Assembly: GCA_963741945.1 (NCBI GenBank)
Contig: CAVUKA010000001.1
Coordinates: forward strand, 320,001-384,000
Origin: an uncultured Gemmatimonadales bacterium
Lineage (GTDB): Bacteria; Gemmatimonadota; Gemmatimonadetes; Longimicrobiales; RSA9
Length of the DNA stretch: 64,000 bases
Direction: 5' to 3'
Position numbers and translations under genes: made by a program. Under the pieces are notes generated by a model. The model saw only the letters and a list, made by a program, of their open reading frames with translations, was not told where the DNA came from and did no database searches. This document shows, in pieces, positions 51,970 through 64,000 of this stretch. How positions within the stretch are numbered: position 1 is the first letter of the stretch; every line of letters starts with the position of its first letter.

Positions 51970-52168
51970 AGCGGAGTGACCGCCCGTTCGTCGTGGGCCG
52001 GCGGACACGCAAGGGCACCATGGTGGTGCTGCTGCCCCGGGCGCCACGGCCCGTGCTGCCCGGCCCCTGGACCGTCCAGGCCGTGATCACACCCGCCCGC
52101 CAGCCCTAGCGCCCGGTCGCACTGCCCGGACATCGCCGTGCCGCCCCGATCTCCGGCACCAGCCCGCG

Positions 52169-53248
52169 CTAGCCCCGCTTCCTCGAAAGGTGCCGCCCGG
52201 TTGCTTTCCGGAGCCGCTCGAGCGCGTCCAGTGCGGCGCCACCGTCCAGCGCTTCGGTGGAACGCTCGATCCCCTGCTCCAGGGACTCGGCCTTTCCGGC
52301 CACGAGCAGCGCCGCCCCGGCATTGAGGAGCACGGCCGCCCGTGCCGCGCCCCTGCGCTCGCCCCGCAAGACATCGAGAATGACGGCCGCGTTGTGGGCG
52401 GGATCGCCGCCCGCGAGGTCGGCTGGATCGGCGTCGCCCAGCCCGAGATCCGCCGGGTCGAGGAGGTAGCGCCGGAGGCGGTTTCCGTGGAGCTCGGCCA
52501 CGTCCGTGGGTCCGAGCGGGCTCAGCTCGTCGAGCCCGGGAACGCCGTGGACGACCATCGCGCGGAGGTGCCCGAGCTCCCGCAGCGCGCCGGCCACCAG
52601 GTCGATGAGCCCCGGGTCGGTGACGCCCACCACCTGCCGTCGTGCGCCGGCCGGGTTCGTCAGCGGCCCGAGGACGTTCATGATCGTGGGCATCCCGAGC
52701 TCCCGACGGATCGGCGCCACGTGTCGCATGGCCGGGTGCAGCAGCGGCGCGAACATGAACACGATCCCCGCCTCCGCCAGGACTTCGGCCATGGCCTCCG
52801 GCTTCAGCTCGATGGCGACGCCGAGCGCTTCCAGCACATCCGCGCTCCCGCACCGGGACGTGAACGATCGGTTGCCGTGCTTCGCGATGCGCACGCCGGC
52901 GCCCGCCGCCAGCAGCGCGGCGGCCGTCGAGATGTTGAACGTGGTGAGCCCGCCGCCCCCGGTCCCGCAGGTGTCCACCAGGGTATCCGGGTCCTCCGCT
53001 TCGACCGGCACCATCGCTTCCCGCAGCGCCCGCACCCCGCCGGCCACTTCCACGGACGTCTCGCCGCGGGTGCGCAGTCCCATCAGCAGGGCGGCGATCT
53101 GGATCTGCGACGCCCGGCCGCCCATCACCTCGTGGAACGCCACACGGGCGTCATCGGCGGACAGCTCCGCGCGCCCCGAGAGGCGGGCGATGAGCTCCTT
53201 CAGCGACGGGCCGGCCTCGATGTCCGGCGGGTTCGGTTCGGTGTGCAT
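52169..53248 (-). CDS. trpD: Anthranilate phosphoribosyltransferase
   Basis: DTCGTGG, FNIST, KHGNRS, GSADVLE, HPAM, GPLTNP. Confidence 0.96.
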   Translation of the reverse strand: MHTEPNPPDIEAGPSLKELIARLSGRAELSADDARVAFHEVMGGRASQIQIAALLMGLRTRGETSVEVAGGVRALREAMVPVEAEDPDTLVDTCGTGGGGLTTFNISTAAALLAAGAGVRIAKHGNRSFTSRCGSADVLEALGVAIELKPEAMAEVLAEAGIVFMFAPLLHPAMRHVAPIRRELGMPTIMNVLGPLTNPAGARRQVVGVTDPGLIDLVAGALRELGHLRAMVVHGVPGLDELSPLGPTDVAELHGNRLRRYLLDPADLGLGDADPADLAGGDPAHNAAVILDVLRGERRGAARAAVLLNAGAALLVAGKAESLEQGIERSTEALDGGAALDALERLRKATGRHLSRKRG

Positions 53249-53463
53249 GGCAGGGGGTGGAAACTCCCCGCGCGCGCGGCCGCCGTCAAGGTGGAGAGCC
53301 ATGGAGCGCCGGGCCCCGGGCGTGGGCCGAGGCGGATGGTACGTGCCGGAAGCGCCACGGATGGCGCCGCCGCTCCTGGCGGAACTCTTCCCGGCGGTGC
53401 CCATCTTGCAACGTTTCACCGGCATGCAGGCGCGAGTGAACAGCAGCATGAAGGAGGCTGACA

Positions 53464-53763
53464 ATGCCGGAAGCATGGTCGAACAAGGACGAGCGGATGT
53501 ACGAGCACGTCAAGGAGAGCGAGCGCGACAAGGGACGCTCGAAGGACCGTGCGAAGGAGATCGCCGCCCGGACCGTGAACAAGCAGCGTCGCGAGGCGGG
53601 CCGTACGCCGAACAAGACCACGCAGGGCACGGGGAACCCGACCCACTCGCTGGATGATCGGACGAAGGACGAGCTCTACAACCGGGCGAAGGAGCTGGAC
53701 ATCGACGGCCGGAGCAAGATGAACAAGGACGAGCTGGTGAAAGCGATCCGCCGCAAGGAGTAG
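53464..53763 (+). CDS. Small basic protein with a C-terminal Rho-N-like motif
   Basis: K.ER.YEHVK.S, A.EIAARTVNK.R, TKDELY..A....I.GRSKM.K.EL. Confidence 0.75.
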   Translation: MPEAWSNKDERMYEHVKESERDKGRSKDRAKEIAARTVNKQRREAGRTPNKTTQGTGNPTHSLDDRTKDELYNRAKELDIDGRSKMNKDELVKAIRRKE

Positions 53764-53850
53764 CGGCTCGGGTCACCGGACGGTGGTACGGACCGGTCCG
53801 TAGGCACCGCCGCGCGGGCGGGCGCGGATTTCCGGCCGCGCGGGCGGCGA

Positions 53851-53892
53851 GGATGGGTAGCTCGGGATGGGTAGCTCGGGATGGGTAGCTCG
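53851..53892. repeat. Tandem repeat, 3 x 14 bp (GGATGGGTAGCTCG)
   Basis: Three exact copies directly upstream of truA. Confidence 0.9.
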
Positions 53893-53920
53893 GCGACGGG
53901 TGGGGCCGTAGCTTGAGCCC

Positions 53921-54742
53921 GTGCCAACAGAACCCACCCGGCTGCGCCTGACGCTGCACTACGACGGCTCCGGCTTTCACGGATGGCAGGTCCAGCCGGA
54001 CCAGCGAACGGTGCAGGGCGAGCTCGACGCGGCGCTGTCCCGGCTGGCGGACCGGCCCGTCACGAGCGTGGGCGCGGGCCGGACGGATACCGGGGTGCAC
54101 GCCCTTGGACAGGTGGTCCATGTCGCCATGCCTGCGTCGTGGACACCGGCGGGGGTGAAACGGTCGCTGAACGCAATTCTCCCGGGCGATATCTGGGTGG
54201 CGGAAGCCGCCGCGGTGTCGCCCGCTTTTCACGCCCGTTATAGTGCCATCGCGCGCGGCTACGTGTATCGCGTGGGGACCACCCCGGCATCGCGGTCTCC
54301 GTTCCGGGCACCCTGGTGCTGGCCGCTGGCCGAGACGCCGGACCGCGCGCTCCTGGATGCGGGGGCGGCCGCGATCGCGGGGGAGCACTCGTTCCGCGGC
54401 TACGCCAAGGCGGGGCAACCGGAACGGGGGTACCGCTGTACGGTACTGCGCTCCGGGTGGCGGGAGTGGCCGGGTGGCGTGGAGTTCCAGGTGGTGGCGA
54501 ACCGATTCCTGCATCACATGGTGCGTTATCTGGTGGGCACCATGGTGGACGCGGCGCGAGGACGTCGGCCGCTCGAGGACGTAGGAGGCCTCCTGGAGGA
54601 GGCGAGGCTGGTGACGGAAACGAACCCCCACGGGTTGGAGACCAGCCCCCCGGCGCCACCGGAGGGATTGTTCCTGGCCCGGGTGTACTACGGCGAGAGC
54701 GAACTCAGCGAAAAGGCGTGGACGCATGAAGATCTTCCTTGA
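53921..54742 (+). CDS. truA: tRNA pseudouridine(38-40) synthase
   Basis: [42 protein letters not shown]. Confidence 0.96.
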   Translation: MPTEPTRLRLTLHYDGSGFHGWQVQPDQRTVQGELDAALSRLADRPVTSVGAGRTDTGVHALGQVVHVAMPASWTPAGVKRSLNAILPGDIWVAEAAAVSPAFHARYSAIARGYVYRVGTTPASRSPFRAPWCWPLAETPDRALLDAGAAAIAGEHSFRGYAKAGQPERGYRCTVLRSGWREWPGGVEFQVVANRFLHHMVRYLVGTMVDAARGRRPLEDVGGLLEEARLVTETNPHGLETSPPAPPEGLFLARVYYGESELSEKAWTHEDLP

Positions 54743-55394
54743 TACGGCAGACCTGTCCGAGATCCGGCGGGCGGCGGACGCCGGCCTGATCGACGGAATC
54801 ACCACCAACCCGTCGCTGCTGTCGAAAGCGGCCGGGAGCGAAGGCCACCCGCGGGAGATCCTGGAAGAGATCTGCCGGACCGTACCGGGCCCGATCAGCG
54901 CCGAAGTAGTGGGCACGGACGCGGAGACAATGGTGCGGGAAGGGAAGAAGCTGGCGGCCATCGCGGACAACATCGTGGTGAAGGTGCCACTGACGGAGGG
55001 CGGCCTCGTCGCGTGCCGAAAGCTCCGGGCCGAGGGCATCAACGTGAATGTCACCCTGTGCTTCTCGCCGACGCAGGCGCTGCTGGCGGCGAAGGCGGAC
55101 GCAACCTACATCTCGCCGTTCGTGGGGCGGCTGGACGACATCTCCAGTGAGGGGATGGAGCTGATCCGGCAGATCCGCCTGATCTACGACAACTACGGTT
55201 TCGACACCGAGATCCTGGTGGCGTCGATCCGGCACCCGCAGCACGTGGTGGAGTCCGCGCTCATGGGCGCGGACGTGGGGACCATGCCCCCGAAAGTGCT
55301 CTGGCAGCTTCTGGAGCATCCGTTGACGGAAAAGGGCCTGGCGGCGTTTCTGGCGGACTGGGACCGGCTCCCGGAAGATCGGCGCGTGATCTGA
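54726..55394 (+). CDS. Transaldolase / fructose-6-phosphate aldolase (TalC/MipB type)
   Basis: [36 protein letters not shown]. Confidence 0.93.
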   Translation: MKIFLDTADLSEIRRAADAGLIDGITTNPSLLSKAAGSEGHPREILEEICRTVPGPISAEVVGTDAETMVREGKKLAAIADNIVVKVPLTEGGLVACRKLRAEGINVNVTLCFSPTQALLAAKADATYISPFVGRLDDISSEGMELIRQIRLIYDNYGFDTEILVASIRHPQHVVESALMGADVGTMPPKVLWQLLEHPLTEKGLAAFLADWDRLPEDRRVI

Positions 55395-55410
55395 GCGGAG
55401 GGATCGTCGC

Positions 55411-56862
55411 ATGGGGAGAATCCCCGCATTTCTGCTGACGGGCCTGCTGTTCGCCGCGGTGGCGTGCAGCGAGCCGCCGTCGGCGGACGCGGCACCGACC
55501 GCGTTCCTGGACCAGGAGCCGGGGGCGAGGCAGCCGGGGCGGACGCTGGCGGAGCGGCAGGAGAACGTGGATGCGTCGCGCCGCACGGCGATCGTGGAAG
55601 CGGCGGAGCGGGTCGCGCCGGCCGTGGTCAGTGTGAACGTGATCCGGCGGGAGCGGGTGCAGCCGCGCTCCTGGTACGACCAGCTGTTCCTCCCGCCCGG
55701 CGCGGAGCGGCGGGTGCAGGGGCTGGGCTCGGGCTTCATCATCCACCCCGACGGGCTGGTGCTGACGAACGACCACGTGGTCCACGGCGCCAGCCAGATC
55801 GTGGTCACGCTGGCGGACGGGACCGACTACGGCGCGGAGCTGGTGGGCACGGATGAAGTCAACGACCTGGCGCTGCTCCGGCTGAAGACGGACGGCAAGG
55901 CGCTGCCCGTGGCGCCGCTCGGCCGCTCCGACGACCTGCTCATCGGCGAGTGGGTGGTGGCCATCGGCAACCCGTTCGGATACCTCCTGTCCAACACCGA
56001 GCCCACCGTGACCGCGGGCGTGGTGAGCGGCGTGCGCCGGAACATCATCCCGACGCAGGAGGACGAGAACCAGGGATACTACCTGGGCATGATCCAGACG
56101 GACGCGTCCATCAATCCGGGGAACTCCGGCGGACCGCTGGTGAACGCGAAAGGTGAGGTCATCGGGGTGAACTCCTCCATCTTCTCCCGCAGCGGTGGAA
56201 GCGAGGGACTTGGTTTCGCCATCCCCATCGACCGCGCCCGGCGGGTGGTCCTGGAGCTCGTCGACCATGGCGAGATCCAGCGGCCGTGGACCGGGCTGGA
56301 GCTGGAGCCGGCCAATCCCAACCAGTTCGGGCGCAGCCGGGAAGTGAAGGTGGCCCGCGTCGCCCCCGGCTCACCGGCGCAGAAGGCCGCCCTCAGGGCG
56401 GGTGAAGTGGTGCGCAGCGTGAACGGGCGGACGCTGCGGACGCCCCTGGACTGGGAGGCCGCCATGCTCGAGGTGGGCGTGGGCGACACGCTGCGCGTGG
56501 GAGTGGGCGACAGCGGAGAGCGAACGGTGCAGCTGGTCTCGGCCGATCTCCCGTCGATCTCCGCGGAGCGGGTGAACGCGCTCCAGGAGTTCGAGCTGGT
56601 CACGCTCACACCGGCCATCCAGAGCGAGCGCGGCCTCAGCAATGACCACGGGGCTCTCATCGTCAATGTCAGCGACAACGTCCGACGGACGCTGGGGCTG
56701 CGGCCGGGGGACCTGATCGTGGCCATCAACCGGTACGCCGTGCGCTCGGCGGAAGAGGCGGCGGACCTGCTGCGACAAATCCAGGACACCCCCGGCCGCG
56801 TGCCCGTGCGGATGCTGGTGGAGCGGTCGGGACGGGAGTTCTACACCGGGTTCCTGCTCTGA
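55411..56862 (+). CDS. HtrA/DegP-like serine protease (lipoprotein signal, PDZ domains)
   Basis: GSGFII, TNDHVV, DLALL, QTDASINPGNSGG. Confidence 0.93.
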   Translation: MGRIPAFLLTGLLFAAVACSEPPSADAAPTAFLDQEPGARQPGRTLAERQENVDASRRTAIVEAAERVAPAVVSVNVIRRERVQPRSWYDQLFLPPGAERRVQGLGSGFIIHPDGLVLTNDHVVHGASQIVVTLADGTDYGAELVGTDEVNDLALLRLKTDGKALPVAPLGRSDDLLIGEWVVAIGNPFGYLLSNTEPTVTAGVVSGVRRNIIPTQEDENQGYYLGMIQTDASINPGNSGGPLVNAKGEVIGVNSSIFSRSGGSEGLGFAIPIDRARRVVLELVDHGEIQRPWTGLELEPANPNQFGRSREVKVARVAPGSPAQKAALRAGEVVRSVNGRTLRTPLDWEAAMLEVGVGDTLRVGVGDSGERTVQLVSADLPSISAERVNALQEFELVTLTPAIQSERGLSNDHGALIVNVSDNVRRTLGLRPGDLIVAINRYAVRSAEEAADLLRQIQDTPGRVPVRMLVERSGREFYTGFLL

Positions 56863-58352
56863 TGGAGGCCCCATTGGACGACACGCGCGACCTGCTGGAA
56901 CAGCTGGCGGCAGCAGAGCCGGACGCCGGGACCGCGTACAGGAACCCGCTCATCGAGCGCTACGCTTCGCGGGAGATGAGCCGGATCTTCTCCCCCGCGT
57001 TCAAGTTCGGCATGTGGCGACGGCTGTGGCTCGCGCTGGCGGAGTCGGAGAAGGCGCTGGGGCTGCCGATCCCGGACGAGGCGACCGCCCAGATGCGGGC
57101 GCATCTCGACGACATCGACCTGGAGGCCGCGGCCGCGCACGAGCGTCGACTGAAGCACGACGTGATGGCGCACGTCCATCACTTCGGCGACGTGGCCCCC
57201 GCCGCCCGCCCGTTCATCCACCTGGGCGCCACCAGCGCCTTCGTCACGGACAACACCGAGCTCATCCAGCAGCGGGAAGCGCTGCGCCTCGTGCGACGCA
57301 GGCTCCTCGCCTGCATCGCCGCCCTCGCCCGCTTCGCCCGGGACCACCGCGCGCTCCCGACCCTCGGGTTCACCCACTTCCAGCCGGCGCAGCCCACCAC
57401 CGTCGGGAAGCGGGCCGCGCTCTGGCTGCAGGACCTCGTGCTGGACCTGGAGGAAGTGGACCACCGGCTCGGGACGCTGCGCGCCCGGGGGATCCGCGGC
57501 GCCACCGGCACACAGGCGTCCTTCCTGGAGCTGTTCTCCGGTGATCACGGGAAAGTCGACGCGCTCCAGCAGCGCGTCTGCGAGCGCCTCGGGTTCGACG
57601 AGGCGTACTGGGTCACCGGCCAGACCTATCCACGGAAAGTGGACTACGCCACGCTCTCGACACTCGCAGGGATCGGCACGACCACGTCCAAGTTCGCCCA
57701 CGACATCCGACTCCTTGCGCACCTCCGGGAAGTGGAGGAGCCGTTCGAGGCGTCGCAGATCGGGTCATCGGCCATGCCGTACAAGCGGAATCCGATGCGC
57801 GCGGAGCGGATCACCGGGCTGGCCCGTCACCTCATCACACTCTCCATCGATGCCGGGTTCACGGCCGCGACACAGTGGTTCGAGCGCACGCTGGACGACT
57901 CGGCCAATCGGCGCATCGCGCTGGCGGAAGCGTACCTGACGGCGGATGCCGTGTTGCTCCTGGCCCACAACGTGGCCGCGGGGCTGGTGGTCCGGCCGGA
58001 CGTCATCCGCCGGCGGCTCGAGCAGGAGATCCCGTTCCTGGCCACGGAGGCGATCCTGATGCACGCGGTGAAACGCGGTGGTGACCGGCAGGACCTGCAC
58101 GAGCGCATCCGCCAGCACTCGGTGGCCGCCGCCGACCGGCTGAAGGAGCGGGGAGATGAGAACGACCTGCCGGGTCGCATCGCCGGTGACCCGGCGTTCG
58201 AGATGACGGAGGCGGAAGTGCGCGGGATCCTCGACCCGAAGCTGCACGTGGGACGCTCGGCCGAGCAGGTCGAGGCGTTCCTGGTGGAGATCCGCCCGAT
58301 CCTGGAGGAGGCCACCGCCACGGCGGACGCCACGCCGGAGCTGCGGGCGTGA
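56862..58352 (+). CDS. purB: Adenylosuccinate lyase
   Basis: RYAS.EM, HDVMAHV, HLGATS, THFQPAQ, GSSAMPYKRNP. Confidence 0.95.
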   Translation: MEAPLDDTRDLLEQLAAAEPDAGTAYRNPLIERYASREMSRIFSPAFKFGMWRRLWLALAESEKALGLPIPDEATAQMRAHLDDIDLEAAAAHERRLKHDVMAHVHHFGDVAPAARPFIHLGATSAFVTDNTELIQQREALRLVRRRLLACIAALARFARDHRALPTLGFTHFQPAQPTTVGKRAALWLQDLVLDLEEVDHRLGTLRARGIRGATGTQASFLELFSGDHGKVDALQQRVCERLGFDEAYWVTGQTYPRKVDYATLSTLAGIGTTTSKFAHDIRLLAHLREVEEPFEASQIGSSAMPYKRNPMRAERITGLARHLITLSIDAGFTAATQWFERTLDDSANRRIALAEAYLTADAVLLLAHNVAAGLVVRPDVIRRRLEQEIPFLATEAILMHAVKRGGDRQDLHERIRQHSVAAADRLKERGDENDLPGRIAGDPAFEMTEAEVRGILDPKLHVGRSAEQVEAFLVEIRPILEEATATADATPELRA

Positions 58353-59266
58353 GGCCACCGCTGGAGCGCTCCGACCTCCCCTTCCCCCTCGTCACCCGTG
58401 GCAAGGTGCGGGAGATGTACGACATGGGTGGGGACCGGCTGCTCATGGTGGCCTCGGACCGGCTGAGCGCGTTCGATGTGATCATGGCGCAGCCGATCCC
58501 GCGGAAGGGAGAGGTCCTCACGGCCGTGACCGTGTGGTGGCTCGAGCAGCTGGGCGACCTGGTGGAGAGCCACCTGATCGCCAGTGAGCCGGACGCGATC
58601 ATCGCGGCAGTGCCCGCGCTGGCGGGAACGCGCGGGGAGTGGGCGGGGCGGAGTCTGCTGGTGCGCCGCACGTCGCCGATCCCGGTGGAGTGCGTGGTGC
58701 GGGGCTACATCGCGGGCTCGGCATGGGCGGAGTACCGCGAGCACGGCACGCTGGCCGGTGAGCCGCTCCCGGCGGGGCTGCGGCAGTCGGCCCGCCTCGA
58801 TCCGCCGATCTTCTCGCCTGCGACGAAGGCCGGCCACGGCCATGATGAGAACATCACGTTCGACGCCATGGCCAACCTTCTCGGGCGCGCGCTGGCCGGC
58901 CGGCTGCGGGAGCTGAGCATGGATGTGTACGGCCGGGGCCGTGAGCTCGCGGCGGAGCGCGGGATCATCCTGGCGGACACGAAGCTGGAGTTCGGCCTCG
59001 CCGGGGACCGGCTGCTCCTGATCGACGAGGTGATGACGCCGGACTCGTCCCGGTTCTGGCCGGAGGAGAGCTATGGCGCCGGACGCTCGCAGCCGTCGCT
59101 CGACAAGCAGCCCGTGCGCGACTACCTCGACGCGTTGACGCGGGACGGGCGGTGGAACAAGACGCCGCCGCCGCCCCGGCTCCCCGAGGACGTGGTGGCG
59201 GCCACCACGCAGCGCTACCTGGAGGTGCACCGGCGGCTGACGGGGCGGGAGCTCCCGAAGTGGTGA
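58349..59266 (+). CDS. purC: SAICAR synthase
   Basis: GKVRE.Y, SDRLSAFD, ECVVRGY, ADTKLEFG, DEV.TPDSSRFW. Confidence 0.96.
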   Translation: MRPPLERSDLPFPLVTRGKVREMYDMGGDRLLMVASDRLSAFDVIMAQPIPRKGEVLTAVTVWWLEQLGDLVESHLIASEPDAIIAAVPALAGTRGEWAGRSLLVRRTSPIPVECVVRGYIAGSAWAEYREHGTLAGEPLPAGLRQSARLDPPIFSPATKAGHGHDENITFDAMANLLGRALAGRLRELSMDVYGRGRELAAERGIILADTKLEFGLAGDRLLLIDEVMTPDSSRFWPEESYGAGRSQPSLDKQPVRDYLDALTRDGRWNKTPPPPRLPEDVVAATTQRYLEVHRRLTGRELPKW

Positions 59267-59436
59267 GCCCGCAGCTCGATGCCACGGGTGAGATCCTCTT
59301 CCTGGCGCTGGTCGGGGCCGCCGTGGTGGTGACGCTGGTGGCCGTCCGACTCGGCCGCTGGCCGCTCTGGCTGCTGGGCTACGGGCTCACACTGGCGGCG
59401 CTCGCCGTGACCTTCTTCTTCCGGGAGGGAGCGTGA
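59263..59436 (+). CDS. Small 2-TM membrane protein (possible Psd N-terminal remnant)
   Basis: GTGA overlaps with both purC and pssA; 57 aa, hydrophobic, ends TFFFREGA. Confidence 0.55.
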   Translation: MSPQLDATGEILFLALVGAAVVVTLVAVRLGRWPLWLLGYGLTLAALAVTFFFREGA

Positions 59437-60317
59437 ATCCCGCACGACGGCTGCAGGGCGGCGTGATCATCATTCCGAGCGCGCTCACGCTCGGAAACCT
59501 CTTCTTCGGCGTGTGGGCCATCGTGGCGGCATCGCGCGGCGCTTTCGCCACCGCCGCGTGGCTGGTGGTGCTGGCGGGCGTGGCGGATACACTGGACGGC
59601 CGCGTGGCCCGGATCACGCAGACCGGGAGCCGGTTCGGCGCGGAGCTGGACTCGCTCGTCGACGCCATCAGCTTCGGCGTCGCGCCCGCCCTGGTCATCT
59701 ACTACCTGGTCCTGGCGGATGGCGGTTGGGGATGGATCGTCTCCTTCGTCTACATCACGGGCGCCGTGGTCCGGCTCGCGCGCTTCAACGTGGAACAGGC
59801 GGGCCACGCGAAGGTGGCGTTCCACGGGCTCCCCTCCCCCGCATTGGGGATGACGCTCGCCACCTACTACCCGTTCAGCCAGACCGCCTTCTTTCACCAG
59901 TACCTGGGCGGCCTCCCGTGGAGCAACATCATGACCACGCTCATGCTGGGCCTGGCCATGCTCATGATGAGTCACGTGCTCTACCCGGTCGTGCCGAAGT
60001 TCGGGTTCCGCACCCTGAAAGGGGTCCTCGCGCTCGTCTTCCTCCTCGCGGTGGTGACGGCCGCGTTCACGGTGCCCTCGCTCTTCTTCTTCCCCGCCCT
60101 TCTCGCCTACGTGGCGTACGGGATGCTGAAAGCCACGGTCCTCGGGTTCTTCGAGCGGCTCCCCGACCGGGACCTGCTGCTGGACACGGAGGAAGAGGAC
60201 GAAGCGGATGCCGAGATCCGGCAGATCGACTACAATGAGCTCACACCGCCCCGGCGGCTGTGGTGGCCCGGGCGCGGCGAGCGTCGGTCTCAGGAAGAGC
60301 GGAAGCACGACCATTAG
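59433..60317 (+). CDS. pssA: CDP-diacylglycerol--serine O-phosphatidyltransferase
   Basis: D.LDG.VAR......FG.ELDSL.D.ISFG.AP, RLARFN, F.GLP.P. Confidence 0.9.
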   Translation: MNPARRLQGGVIIIPSALTLGNLFFGVWAIVAASRGAFATAAWLVVLAGVADTLDGRVARITQTGSRFGAELDSLVDAISFGVAPALVIYYLVLADGGWGWIVSFVYITGAVVRLARFNVEQAGHAKVAFHGLPSPALGMTLATYYPFSQTAFFHQYLGGLPWSNIMTTLMLGLAMLMMSHVLYPVVPKFGFRTLKGVLALVFLLAVVTAAFTVPSLFFFPALLAYVAYGMLKATVLGFFERLPDRDLLLDTEEEDEADAEIRQIDYNELTPPRRLWWPGRGERRSQEERKHDH

Positions 60318-60359
60318 ATCCGACGCCTTGCGAACCACGGAAACCGAACCGGGAGAACC

Positions 60360-60617
60360 GTGATCGAGTACAGCGTGGAAGTCAGGGTGACCCCCCGCGC
60401 GGGGCTGCTGGACCCCGAGGGCAAAGCGGTGGAGCACGCCCTTCGATCGCTCGGCTTCAGCGGAGCGGAACACGTGCGCATCGGGCGCCTCATCCGCATG
60501 GAGCTCAGCGCCGCCAGTGAGGCGGAAGCGCGCAGTCGCGCCGACGAGATGTGCCGGAAGCTCCTGGCCAATCCCGTCACGGAGGACTACGCGATATCCC
60601 TCACGGAGGCGTCGTAA
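60360..60617 (+). CDS. purS: FGAM synthase subunit PurS
   Basis: LDPEG, VRIG, MC.KLLANPV.EDY. Confidence 0.95.
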   Translation: MIEYSVEVRVTPRAGLLDPEGKAVEHALRSLGFSGAEHVRIGRLIRMELSAASEAEARSRADEMCRKLLANPVTEDYAISLTEAS

Positions 60618-61338
60618 TGCGCGCGGCCGTAGTCACGTTCCCCGGCTCGAATTGCGACTACGACTGCTACAAGGCCATCACCGACGTCCTGGGGGAGGAC
60701 GCGTGGTTCGTCTGGCACCGCGAAACCGATCTGGGCGACCCGGACCTCGTCATCCTGCCGGGCGGCTTCTCCTACGGCGACTATCTGCGCGCCGGCGCCA
60801 TTGCCCGCTTTTCGCCGGTCATGGACGAGGTGATCCGCTTCGCTGCCGACGGCGGGCCGGTGCTCGGGATCTGCAACGGGTTCCAGATCCTGTGCGAGGC
60901 GGGCGTGCTGCCCGGCGCCCTGGTCCGCAACCGTGACCTCAGGTTCCTCGGGAAGGAGGTGCGCGTCCGGGTCGAGCGCACTGACACCATGTACACACGG
61001 CGGTACGACACCGGGCAGGTCCTCCGACTCCCGCTGGCCCACGGCGAGGGCAACTACCTGGCCGACGAGCCCACACTCGCCCGCCTCGAGGACGAGGGCC
61101 GCGTGGTCCTCCGCTACGTCGATGCGGAGGGGAATGCCACCGATGCCGCGAATCCCAATGGCTCGGCCCACAACATTGCCGGAATCATCAATGGCGGCGG
61201 CAATGTCTTCGGGTTGATGCCGCACCCGGAACGGATGGTGGAAGGGCTCATGGGCGGCACCGATGGCCTGCCGCTGTTCGAGTCGCTCCGCGACGCGATC
61301 GACGGCTCCGCCCGCCCCGCCCGCGAGGAGGTGGCGCC

Positions 61339-61342
<4 letters not shown>
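60617..61342 (+). CDS. purQ: FGAM synthase subunit PurQ
   Basis: [36 protein letters not shown]. Confidence 0.96.
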
Positions 61343-63657
<2,315 letters not shown>

Positions 63658-63717
63658 ATGGCCCCGCGGGAATTCGGGGGCCGACGCGATGCACCGTAGC
63701 ACAGGGGGCGGGGCGGC

Positions 63718-64000
63718 ATGTGCGGGATCGTAGGCGTCACCGGCGCGCAGGAGGCGGCCAAGCTGGCGTTCCTGGGCCTGTATGCCCTGCAGCACCGGGG
63801 GCAGGAATCGGCGGGAATCGCCGCCGTGGACGAGAATGGGAAGGCGCGCCTCATGAAGCGGGAGGGGCTCGTGGTGGAGAGCTTCGACGACCGCGACCTG
63901 GCCGCGCTCCCGGGCCACGTGGCCCTCGGCCACACCCGATACTCCACGGCCGGCGGTGCCGGTCTCGTCAATGCCCAGCCCATCGTGGTGAGCTACCGCG
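63718..64000 (+). CDS. purF: Amidophosphoribosyltransferase, 5' part (runs off the window)
   Basis: Manual translation MCGIVG...[10 protein letters not shown]...GHTRYSTAG. Confidence 0.93.
   Translation, partial: MCGIVGVTGAQEAAKLAFLGLYALQHRGQESAGIAAVDENGKARLMKREGLVVESFDDRDLAALPGHVALGHTRYSTAGGAGLVNAQPIVVSYR

Overview
GC-rich bacterial chromosome segment; gene order and content suggest Gemmatimonadota (inference only). Most of the window is housekeeping: an AtuA / acyl-CoA carboxylase / B12-mutase cluster with nhaA, mgtE-ybeY-phoH-aspS, rlmN, a fluoride riboswitch ahead of fluC, panBCD, rqc2, a split trp operon, lexA, truA-tal-htrA and purB-purC-pssA-purSQLF. The exception is a visibly less GC-rich island at about 30.6-38.7 kb. 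It is an integron-like cassette array with 7 attC-like sites and 7 bounded minus-strand cassettes (3 toxin-antitoxin-type pairs, an outer-membrane barrel, unknown proteins), a putative attI-like leader, and no integrase in the window. Three things about it are unusual. (1) Each att site carries a 28-30 nt side-branch hairpin instead of single extrahelical bases. (2) The two ends of each cassette are complementary well beyond the 7-bp core, with a G-versus-A difference at position 11 in all seven cassettes. (3) An IS110-family element sits exactly in the core of one att site. All alignments were done by eye, with no database searches. Several +1 frameshifts in conserved genes look like assembly errors.
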